From positions 16,554,001-16,618,000 of the forward strand of contig JBHGNT010000018.1 in NCBI GenBank assembly GCA_043228905.1: a stretch of DNA of 64,000 nucleotides, read 5' to 3'. The position numbers were made by a program, and so were the translations under genes. Within the stretch, counting starts at the first letter, position 1, and each line of letters begins with the position of its first letter. The stretch comes from Azolla caroliniana (Eukaryota; Plantae; Polypodiophyta). The notes under the pieces are model-generated. The model was not told where the DNA came from. It saw only the letters and a program-made list of their open reading frames with translations, and did not search any database. This document shows, piece by piece, positions 10,728 through 21,802 of the stretch.

Positions 10728-13186
10728 CACACACAATCACCATCCACACTCAAAAACTTAAATAATAATGGCAAAAAGAGTAAAAAGTAGCTTGTCATCC
10801 TTGTTTGCTTTTGTATTGAAACACCTTTGTGCTTTGGTCATTCAATATCATCTAGTTGTCCTACAATTTGACACTTTTCAAAAGTCATGGCATTCTTTGG
10901 TTTTGTGTCATGATGCTTCTTTGATGTCCTTTATTATATTCGGATTGTGTTTTGAGTGTTTCCTACTGGAAAATACAAAATGGGACGGATATTGCCTTCA
11001 AAGACATGGCTTTTGGATTTTGTATCTTGTCTCGTTGTCATCAATCCTTCACAATATTTTGATGAACATATTGGATAGAGTGACAAAAGTAAGGTTTGAT
11101 AATCTTGCATTTGGGGAATGGATAGAGGATAAATGATCTTTCTAGTGAGATTAGGACTTTAGGAATGAATGCATGTTTAGATGCAAATTGTAGGGTTTCC
11201 TTGTCTCTAATTGGTAAGGAATCTAACCCATATTCTCTTGTAATGAGCAAGATATTACTTAAAAAATAGTGAGGGTTGTATCAATGAAATGAAAAAAGTT
11301 TGTATAGTCCACCTCCTGATTTGAGTGTTGTTGAAATTAAAACAAGTAACATATATGGTGACCACATATCTCATACCATTATGAGATGCACCCTACCTTA
11401 GTGTGTGGTAATGTAGAGGAATGTCTAGGCTCTAGACCCTTGAGGCAAGACTTCGCAAACACAAACGTAATGAAGAGCTCAAATGTTACGGCCATTATTT
11501 AAGACACATCAGAGACCATTGAATTGAGAGTTGAGACTTCTGAAACACAACAATATGTACATTGATGCATTTAAATACAGTTATTGGAGCTAGAGTAAAT
11601 CTTACAAATTTATGCCATAATGTTTTGAGAAACGAACATGGGACATGTTCATAGAAAATGTCCTACATTATTGAGTTTCGGAATTCAAGTATTCCTAATT
11701 TATAGTTGTTTTCACACATTAATTGGCACATGAGAAACGTAAAATAAATCCCTCTAAAAGAAGCAGAATCATTCTTAAAAAATTTCAATTTTCATTTGTA
11801 ATCATCATATGATAACCAGTGTGAAAATGAATGAAATTCAAAATCCTATCACTCACAACGAGAAATTAGTACTTCACCTACTAGTACTGCTCACAAATTC
11901 CCTTGAAAATCTTGAAACATTGTGCTTTAAAGTAAGGGCGTTATGTGGTGTATGTGATTAGAATGAACAACTTTTGCATGAGAAATGAGATGTGTGAATG
12001 GCCAAGGTTAAAGAACTGGTACCGATGTCAATAATTGGAATTTGGATTGTATGAACGTGTTACAATTTGCGAAGTTTGAAACAATGTAAATATGAGAGCT
12101 ATTTAAACCTTTGTCATAGAGAGATTGTGGTATGTTAAATTTCTCGACCTAAACGTTACTATCGAATAATCTTTGTTTTATAAGATCGTGGAATTCCAAG
12201 CAATCCTTGAATTAAAATGTATAATGTATATATTTATATAATCTTGTTGGTCACGCTTCCAAAAGAATTAAAATCCTATGAGGCTTGCACGATGCTATTC
12301 TTTCTCTCTTGAGTGAGTTGGTGATGGTTTCTAAGGCTTGTATGGTGTTCTGGACACCGAATCGATTGAGATATTTACATATATAGAGTGTTATGCCAAT
12401 CAACAAACCTTTCCAAGGTAATGTTTTTGTCTTGTACACAGAAACCATTTTCAACCACAACATAGGTAAGCATTCACTTTGCAACATACACCAATTGCAT
12501 ATCTACAACTTCAAGGATGGCAGCCTTATACTCTATGACCATTTTCAACCACTGCATTGGCAATTTCAGTTTGCCACGTACACCAATTAAGTATCCGGAG
12601 CCTCAAGGTTGACATAAAACTCAAGCTTCCTTAGGTTTTAGCGTGCACATTGATCTCAAGTTCACAATGAAAAATTTGTTCTACCATTTAATGTTCGGAT
12701 GTTGTGAGGAGGCGAATATTCCACCATATGTTGTGAAAGTTTAAACACTAATTGCCCGCATGACTCCATGGAATTTTCAAGTATTGACCAGTCACATAGC
12801 TCCATATAAAATCAATTTTCTTGGACATGCAACACAATTAAAAAAGTTACGAATATTTTTGCAATAGAAAATGGAGAGAAAACATGACAAAAATTGATGA
12901 CAATATTTTAAAATCTTCAGAAGGCCATAAACATGATCTATTGGACCCTAAAAGAGTTACAAGACATTCACAGTGTAGATGATGCAAACACATGTGATTA
13001 ATATACTTTCTTAAGATCAATTATATCCTTAAGTAGACACCCTATATATCATATATTCGTAGCAATTGTATTTTGTAGCTTGATATAGATAACAAGTTGG
13101 GTACCTAATATTGGTTTATAAAAGCTCAAGTTCCAATACAAGTCATCGACCCACACTCAAAACTTTAAGAAGACCAAGAACTCAAC

Positions 13187-13360
13187 GTTGATCTTTTCCA
13201 TCTCATTAATACATTTCAAGATCATCGTCTTCATTGTCAGTGTCATGCTCCTAATCAGAATGCAACCACGATGTCAATGTTGATCTTTTCCATCTCATGA
13301 ACACATTTCAAGATTGTTGTCTTCATTGTCAACACAATGTGCCTAATCACAATGCCACTA
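13187..13360. repeat. ~91-bp direct duplication
   Basis: GTTGATCTTTTCCATCTCAT...ACATTTCAAGAT...TCTTCATTGTCA...CCTAATCA at ~13187 and ~13279. Confidence 0.75.
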
Positions 13361-13862
13361 TATAAATACTAAAATCAAAGACATTTCTCACAATGCATAA
13401 CAACACTCATATGAAGCAATTAGAAATGTAAATAGTTCTCAACCCTCACAAGCATCATACAATGTGGTATAAAGGTACCAAGACATTGTAAAGGATTCCT
13501 TGGAAGTTTTGCATGTCACACAATTCATTAGGACCCAAAAGGCAAAGATGATATAATGAAGGACCCATAAGATAAATTTGATCACCCATCAATTCACAAA
13601 CTGTTGTGGTAAGACATGCATTTTGAGGAATCTACAAAAGGGGTTTGACTCTTTAATTGTGAATGTTGACATCCTTATAAAATTGTACAAAATTTAGGAG
13701 GCAAGGCAATAAAGTACATTCAACACAAATTCTCGAAGCATGACATGGCCACACTTCACTTAGGGGAAAAAAGATTACTAGTCCAAATACAACAATCTTA
13801 CATGCGAAATGAATCTTGGGGAAAAATGAAAGAAAGAAAGAGGATGTGTGTTATGGAGTTAC

Positions 13863-14411
13863 TCACACTCCTCCAGATATCGTACTCTCATTCTCATCAA
13901 AGAAAAGATCATTGGTGTTCCGAAAGATAGCATGAAGACAAATGATGACTAAACCAACGACTAGGCCAAGTGTTAGATTCTCATAAGCCTTAGTAAGATA
14001 GAGACCTATGATATTCAAGATTCCTAAGATAATGACAATTTGCGTCTCTGTAATGGTCCGATTGAACACAACTAGAGGCTTGGTTCGTCCAAAGTAGAAG
14101 TATATCCATGCGAGCACGAAGACTCCAAACACAATCAAGGATATGGGATGCCACAAAAGGCTAAGTGCGATCACAATTAACAAGAGGATGATGTAGTTCA
14201 CACGGAAGTAGAGTCCATTTGTCTTCAATCGGCTATATGCATCAGAAAACGATGTTGGCCGTTCAAAAGCACTCCTGTCGATAAGCTCTGCCCATGGCCG
14301 TTGCCAACCCATCACTACTTGTGTTCTATCAGTCACTTTGGATATGAAGCCGCGCACCGTGCTTGTGCTTGTGCCCGTGGATTGATCATCAGAACCTCCT
14401 TGGATGCCCAT
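13863..14411 (-). CDS. PRA1: PRA1 family protein (prenylated Rab acceptor 1), 182 aa, intronless CDS
   Basis: RPWAELIDRSAFERPTSFSDAYSRLKTNGLYFRVNY signature, two long hydrophobic hairpins, and C-terminal LHAIFR..DLFFDE. Confidence 0.92.
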   Translation of the reverse strand: MGIQGGSDDQSTGTSTSTVRGFISKVTDRTQVVMGWQRPWAELIDRSAFERPTSFSDAYSRLKTNGLYFRVNYIILLLIVIALSLLWHPISLIVFGVFVLAWIYFYFGRTKPLVVFNRTITETQIVIILGILNIIGLYLTKAYENLTLGLVVGLVIICLHAIFRNTNDLFFDENESTISGGV

Positions 14412-14508
14412 TGTTATATGCTCCCCTTGAGAAGAGATTACTTTGAAACTTTTACTTGAGATTGCCTAGGTTTATTCAATTACGCTTCTTCCACATACAA
14501 GTTCGTCA

Positions 14509-15800
14509 CTGAAAAAGAATGAACCAAGAAAAGATTCAATGAAAATTCAAAAGCATATCTCATTTACATAATCAAACATTCATATGCCTTCTTTTTTAAG
14601 AATGTGATGTGCTCTTTAATTATGTTGCAATATTCATTGTAATAGTGGACTGTTTTGTATATTGACTTCTTTAATACCAATGGAGGATATTTTTTTGGAA
14701 AAAAAAAGAATGTGATGTGCTCTATGTTTATTTTATTTTTATTTTTGATGATTGGGTACACATCCCATTTTGTTGTAACCAATTGTCTCATGGGCCAAAT
14801 TTGGTCTTAGAAGACGTTAATATATCTTTATTTTTAAGAATTTGATGTATAAGAGACAAGAAATCAAGAGAGAACTTAAAGAAGGATAGAAGTCATTACG
14901 CCACCGGGCTTTTGGTGAGGCGAAGGCTTGGAAAAGTACAAAGTAGATTAAAGTAAAGAAATCATTCCATGGTAGATAGGAAAAAGGTTCCAAATCATTG
15001 CATGGATTATCCAAACAATCATAATTTGGTACAATTCATTGAACCTAAGGGGCATGGTCCTAATTTCTAGAGATGCAAAAGTAGAATAACAATCACTAGT
15101 ACAATGGACATTGCCAAATAAAATGCAAAAAGTGGGAAACACAACTACACCATCTAGGGGCATTGATAGAAAAAAACACAAAAGTAGAGAAACAATTCCA
15201 TTGTCGGAAGGGTATTGTTCGGAAAAGGCAGATCTAATTATACATGCACCTAATTATACATGCACGCACGCATGTTCTAGGAGGGTGTTGCTTGAAACAA
15301 TGATGCACAAGCACAACTACACCACTATATATATACACATTTGCCTAGATTGTCTAAGGGCATTTGTACAAAGGGAATGTAAATTGGTCTCCATAGCACG
15401 GGCAAATTTAACTGAAACTTCGATGTTTTCTCCATAATTTTCTATGTTCTCGAGGAATTTGGATGTTTTCTCCATGATCCCCGAAAAATAATAGTGGGCT
15501 GCACTGCATTCGGCCGACTAGTGGGAATCCCGGGTCATTAAACCAATTGAAAATCACTTGCTTTTGGGCATGATGTCACACAAAAATCCAAATGTGAGGG
15601 CTTTATTTACTTGAAGAGGGTTGGGGGTAATAATGTGGTCCATGTAGGCATTCAAGTCATGCCACGTGGGCTTATCCAAACCATATTCTGGTCCCCTATC
15701 GGATATCCCAATCATGCCACGTAGGCGTTAGAAGTGCCACGTAGGCATGCACACCGCCATATCTCTCTCGGGCTGCCACGTAGGCATGCTGGGCCTCATG

Positions 15801-15845
<45 letters not shown>

Positions 15846-16400
15846 CCCCCTCTGTATCTGTCTCTGTCACAGAAGCTCAAGCTCAACCTCCATTAATTCA
15901 AGTTGGATCCTGGCCATGGTGCTCGGCATCTTCTCATGGATGGATCCATGGGATCTCCATAGATCCACCCTTCGGATCACAAGCGATCGGGGTATGGGAG
16001 GTTGAAAAGCCATCGGAATCATCCGGTCGGGATTAGGGTTTCAGGTCTGCCGCCATGGAGACGGACATTATACCAGAACCCTAAAAAGACATCTTCCTCT
16101 CTCTCTCTCTCTTTCTCTTGCTTACCCATCACTCGGGTCCAAACATGACAAATCAAAGCTAAAAAGGAAATAAAAGAAGAAGCATCATAGATCACACAGA
16201 AGAAAGGAAGGAAATGGCCATGATATTGACAGACACACCTGCACAGGATTAGGTATCAAAACTTTAGGAGTAGAGAAGGAAGAAGAAGATGAAGGAGATG
16301 AAGATGAAACAGACCTGAGAGTAGTCTTGCATGAACAGGGGCAAGAAGAATAAGAAGAAGAACAGAGAGTTTCTGCATCTGAATGAATGTGTGTGGAGGA
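14509..16400 (-). other. Predicted spliced 5' UTR of PRA1 (introns 16314-16239 and 16125-14509)
   Basis: Minus-strand donors CTCAG|GTCTGT (16314) and ATGG|GTAAGC (16125). Acceptors CTAAT..TGTGCAG (16239) and pyrimidine-rich TTCTTTTTCAG (14509). CT-rich leader upstream. Splice-signal prediction only. Confidence 0.45.
15658..15790. promoter_or_regulatory. Cluster of four GCCACGT (ABRE/G-box-like) motifs
   Basis: GCCACGTGG at ~15661 and GCCACGTAGGC at ~15716, ~15736 and ~15775. Confidence 0.45.
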
Positions 16401-16559
16401 GGGAACAGAGACTTTGTAGGAGAAGACCTTTTGAACTAAAGCATGAGGAAGTATTGTAAATTACAAAAGTAGCCCTACATATTTTTCATACTTGGCCCAC
16501 TTGTTCATCAAAAAGCTATACATACTACATAGTACAGATCATACATGACAACAAACATC

Positions 16560-16655
16560 ATATTACATACATACATACATATTCATATACATATATATAT
16601 ATATGAATATGTATGTATGTATGTAATATGAATATGTATATATTCATAAATTTCA

Positions 16656-16690
<35 letters not shown>
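16560..16690. repeat. (TA)n/(TACA)n microsatellite region
   Basis: Direct reading of the sequence. Confidence 0.9.
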
Positions 16691-16692
<2 letters not shown>

Positions 16693-17101
16693 ATCATCAA
16701 CCCACCCTCTCTACTCTTGCTCTCCTTCCAGAGTGGCCTTTGATCTGTCTATCTCACTATGTTCCGCAAGGCGTGTGTGCATGCGTGCCCCTAGACCCAC
16801 TATCAAAACATACATTTGCCTCGTCGCCTGAAAAGAAAGAAAGAAGAAGCTAGCCACTTGAGCCTTCCATGAGTCAAGACTTGAGACGTTGCATGGACAT
16901 AGGCGTGATTGCTCTACATGACGATAAACGATCGATTGGTTGTAAAAATCAGTGGGGGCTCGCAATAGGTTACACTTTTTTCCATTTGTCCACGAGAAAA
17001 AGCAATGTGGTTGTTAGAAGCTTTTGGAAGTAAAATGTCAAGGTCAAATGTTTTGAGGCACAATAATATTATTGAAGCCATTCTCAAAACAACAAAAGCA
17101 A

Positions 17102-17403
17102 CTCAATGGTAAAGAATGGGAAAATCAAGATAAAGTAGTATGTAGATAGATATTTCTTAAATCTAGGATAAGATTACTATTGCACTAGGGATTCTTGTCT
17201 TAAGAGGTTCTTTGATTCTTCTAGATTCACCATTTATTTAGCGTTGCTTGCTCTCAATGGTAAAGAATGGGAAAATCAAGATAAAGTAGTATGTAGATGG
17301 ATAGTTCTAAATCTAGGATAAGATTACTATTGCACAAGGGATTCTTGTCTTAAGAGGTTCTTTGATTCTTCTAGATTCACCATTTATTTAGGTTTGCTTG
17401 CTC
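17102..17403. repeat. Near-perfect ~151-bp tandem duplication
   Basis: CTCAATGGTAAAGAATGGGAAAATCAAG...TTGCTTGCT at 17102 and 17253. Confidence 0.9.
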
Positions 17404-17515
17404 GGTCATTTGCCTTATCATTGGTTCATGTCACTAATATGCTTTTATTAGTTACAAATGTCTATGAGAAATGAACATGTGAGCTTTGTTGTAGGAGACA
17501 TTTTAGAGTTCTAAT

Positions 17516-17632
17516 TGCTATGGCTTTGTTGCCTATTCAATAGTTCGTTTTACACTGTTATGGATTTGTTGCCTCTTCAATAGTTCTTTTTACATTGTTA
17601 TGGCTTTGTTTTCTATTCAATGGTTCTTTTTA
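17516..17632. repeat. 40-bp tandem repeat, 3 copies
   Basis: TATGG(C/A)TTTGTT..CT.TTCAAT.GTTC.TTTTA recurs with a 40-bp period. Confidence 0.8.
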
Positions 17633-20251
17633 GGTTGTATCTGTGATATCCTATAATATTTGATCCCATAAGTGGTTTTTTACTTGGGGTTAGTTTCTCT
17701 TACCCCTTGTTATACAAAATCCACATCCATTTTCCTCTAAAATATGTTGAGAGTGGTTGAATATACTTATGTCATGACGAGGTGTGAATGTCCCCTTAAA
17801 GCATTGACATCTCATACCTCCTCCATGCTAGGGGCACAACGTTGACTTGAGAACCTCACAACTCCTCCACTATCTCACACATTTTCTCTCCTCTATCCAT
17901 CTCTCCCACAGCTTGCCCACTAAGAAGCTCACTTTGATTTATCATCCTTACCTCTATTTATTTTTAATGTAAGATATGCCATTGTTTAAATTTTGAGAAT
18001 GGGAAGTAGTGAACGATAATTTATTTTTACCTTAATGAAGCCAAAATTTGATGGTACTTGGAGTAATGTGCAATACACGTCTTAATGTATTCAAAATAAA
18101 GCATTTGCACAAATTCTAAGTAATACCTTCACATTGTAAGTAATATGGTTTGTCATTTGTGTCTAGGTTGCATAATTTAACCCTTTCTCAAGTTCCTATG
18201 CAAGCACATGCATGATTTGCAATGGCATGTCCACCCGTCCTGGGAAGACCAAAATAAGATTTGTATGAATTGTCATTTAGTGTTTATATTTGTCGATGAG
18301 TTCAATACTCTAGGAGAAACTATTTTTTTGTTAGTTGTCATATTTGTTATAAAATTTGTCTTTTGTGGCTATCTACTAACATGAAATATATATACCTCAT
18401 TCACACATTTGAGGGAAAACGAATATATGCCATGTGTGATGCAATAATATATCGTGTCACCTTCTATTTATCAACATTCATTTTAAAAGTCCAATAGGCT
18501 CTGATCTAAGACAACGAAGATAAAGTATGTATGTTATATCAACATGACATAAGAGTGACATACATAGTTTGTACCTCTAATAAATTTAGTAGCTATTCAT
18601 ATAAAGTTTATGTTATGTCGATGCATCGACTTGCAAGGTGGTGGTGTGATGAGAATTGCCTAAATCACCTAAGAGGGTACAAATAAGTTTATATTTTCAA
18701 GTTTTTATCATGGTGCAAGTGAGTCGGTTTATTTGAGGAAATAAGTTGAGAAGAGACATTGAGGTGGGTTGATAGATAAATAAAGTGCATAAAAGATGTG
18801 TCCCTCTCCAAATCTTAGTAGCCCTTGAAAGCCAAACAATAAAAAAAAAAAAAAATGGATGGTCCAATGTTGTGTGAGGACATTTTTGCCCTTCCATTTC
18901 CTATGTTACTAGAAAAGGGTTGTCATTCATAATTTAAAATTTAGACAATTATTATGCCATTACAAAAAAGGGTTGTTTTGCTTAGCTTGAAAAGTCAAGC
19001 ATCTCATCCTTGTAAAAAATGAACCCTTTGCTCATGACCCGATAGAGAAAAATGATAATTAGGAAGGGGTTTCCATTTAGAAGCTAAGAGAGAGGGAGCT
19101 TGACCCTAGGAAAAACAAAAGTATAGGTGTAAGTAATAATAATGCCCCCTAAGCACACAAAACCGCACTACAAAGAATTTGGGATTTAGTTTTGATATTG
19201 ACTCGTACGTGATGTTTGATTTCGTATATATATGATGGCTCAATGATCCACAAATCTTCACTAGATTGGAGAAACGTGCTCGGGATTGACGCACACAACA
19301 CACTTTAGTCTTTGGTAAATATGTTTTAATTATGATTTAGAACTTAATTTTAGATCACACATTAATCATAGTCATCTTTGTCTTCTTGAATGTTACCTTT
19401 TAATTTAAGTTAAGAGTAAATGTACAAAAACAACATTCATTACTTATGAGATCATAGATTGACATATTTGCATTCGTGGGGTTTTCCATTAGAATGCAAA
19501 CGAATACGTGTACTAATGCATGGTCAAGTATTCGTTTAAAAAAACAAAAAAACAATACATGAACCATAGTATGAAACATACGTACCATTCACATTTGCGA
19601 ACATTCTTATCATTTGCGTAAGAACAACATCCTCGGTAAATACGATACTTTTGCATTCATTATTTATTATAAGGTAAAATTTTTAGGGTAAGAAAGTTAA
19701 GGTAAAAAGTATAAAAAAACACAAGAATGTTTTAATAACATACGCATTCGTTTGCATACGTGAAAACAAATGTTTGGGCTAACGAACACGAACATTACGT
19801 ACTATGGTCATTTGACACTATAAAGGAGAGTTAATACTAATCATACTTTTATAATCTAATAATGAATGATTGTTCATTTTTTAGTGAATTAATGTTTTTT
19901 AATTTAAAAAAATAAAATAAAAAATTAATTTTTTGTAATATTTATTTTGCGAAACGAATGGTTTTATAATATTCTTGGGACCATTTCATATTCTCGAATA
20001 TTGCGAATATCGAGCATAGAGAATATCACGCATGTGTCAATCTATGCTTATGATGAAATAATACTCATCTTTAAATGCATTATTAATTGTTGCAGCATTT
20101 GTAAAAGAAGAATTGCTCCATTTTGAGTGGCCATTCATGGCCTTCAATGATAAGAGAGTTGTACAATTATTTAAGGGTGAAAGCAAGCTATCATGCACCA
20201 AAAAAGTATTGTTTTTGGCCAAAAAAACATGGCAACTTTTTATACTATTAG

Positions 20252-21697
20252 TAGGATTCGACAATGGCTTTGCTCAAGCCTCAACCGAGTCGTTAAAGCG
20301 TTTTTAAATGGTTCGGTGTTGCGATAACGTGAGTGTGTATTCTACTCAAGCGGGACCATAGGGGTCTTAAACTAAGAAGACAAAAGGGAAGGGGAAGTCG
20401 GAGATTCGCGCTTGTCAAGGAAACTTGTCAATTAAAGCTCATTGAACATTCTCTCCTCTACCAAAGGTCTCGACAAAAGATTTTTCATCGGACAGAGGCC
20501 TCATCGACCTTTCTCGTTGAACAATGGCCTCATTGACCTTTCTTGTTGAACAAAGCCCTCATCGAGGGACTAGTTGAAGTAAGATGCCTTTATTGATGGG
20601 AGATGCATGGGCAAGACCAAATCAATTGCAAGGCATGAGCACAAGCAAACGCATGAGAAGAAGGTTAAAGCACAAATATTGGGAGTATGGTTAATTGATG
20701 AAAAGAAACACCAAAATACAAGCACAAAGAATGCCCTTTACAAAATAGGATTTCCGATAACAAAGAAAAAAGGGGGTTTACAATGGTGGCAACTTCAAGT
20801 TAACCACGAGCTCAAGAAGGGTAATGAGATGAATGGAGCAATATAGTGTACGCCCTCGCCTCACTACGAAGACTCTACCTGAACACCGAAGACGAACATT
20901 GAACACAAGCACACGAACCTCCAATGACACACACACGAACCACCAATGTCGAAGAACACGAACCACCAACGATGAGCAAACCTCAAACAAGAAAAACCAA
21001 GAAAAGTTGAAGAAAAGTATCTCAAGAAACCCTAAAATGCCAAAATCTCCTCCAAAACCCGAACTCCTTAAAATGAGCTCCCCTTCCTCCTTTTATAGGA
21101 AGAGGGCGCCTCATTTTCATTAAATACTTATATTCCTTCCCCTTTTCGAAAAAGGGGAAAAGGAATAAAGCCTCCTTAATCCGTGCAATGCTGTCAGAGA
21201 TTCAAACTTTGCACCTTCCGTATTGAGTGAAAGGCATAGTTTGTCTCCCATTTTCCTTATAATATATATATTTTTTCATAACTATATGTACACAATCTGT
21301 CTCCCGTTTCTCACGTGCTACTCATTTTTCTCCCTCTTCTTTGCTCATGCTTGCTCCTAGTCCCTTTTCTCATTTGCACCTACGTTTCCCACCTTCGGCT
21401 CGCCACTTCACGACATCGGTTTGGCTCGGTTCAAGCTTGAGCCTCCTTAACTTGTTTGAGCTTGGTTTGGCAAGGCTCAAGCCAAACCAAATTGTTTAGG
21501 ATGAAATTGGTTAAGGCTTAAATAGTTTGCGCAAACCAGTTACTAATTGGTTTGTCCAAACTGGTTAAGCTTGAATCATTTTAGGAACTGATTCGGTTCA
21601 AGTTTGAAGTTACTCTCAAATTGATTAAGGCTTAACTGGTTTTGGTTTGGACAAGGCTAAGATAGTGAAGCCAAAATTGAACCATTGTGAATTCCTA
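20252..21697. mobile_element. Non-autonomous hAT element (MITE) interrupted by a solo LTR
   Basis: Imperfect TIRs TAGGATTCGACAATGG / CCATTGTGAATTCCTA. 8-bp TSD ACTATTAG (20244-20251) / ATTATTAG (21698-21705). Numerous TTGGTT/AAGCTT-type subterminal motifs. Confidence 0.75.
20317..21415 (-). mobile_element. Solo LTR (~1.1 kb) with 4-bp TSD TCGG
   Basis: TGTTGCG...CTTCACGACA termini with TCGG on both flanks. The terminus and the CTCCTTTTATAG TATA block resemble the Trp-PBS LTR family. Confidence 0.7.
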
Positions 21698-21802
21698 ATT
21701 ATTAGTGTTAAAAAAATAATTTTGACAAATTTTTTTAGGGAGTGGGTTTAGGGTTGTACAAAGTGCAATAAAGACGGAAAATGGGGGGGAGATGGTTGTG
21801 AG

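Noticed and set aside
10768-11136. 122-aa ORF directly after KCS
   Set aside because: Lies in the expected T-rich 3' UTR; no recognisable motif.
11380-12800. Possible highly decayed TE coding remnants between KCS and PRA1
   Set aside because: Only vague motif resemblance; no family or boundaries could be assigned.
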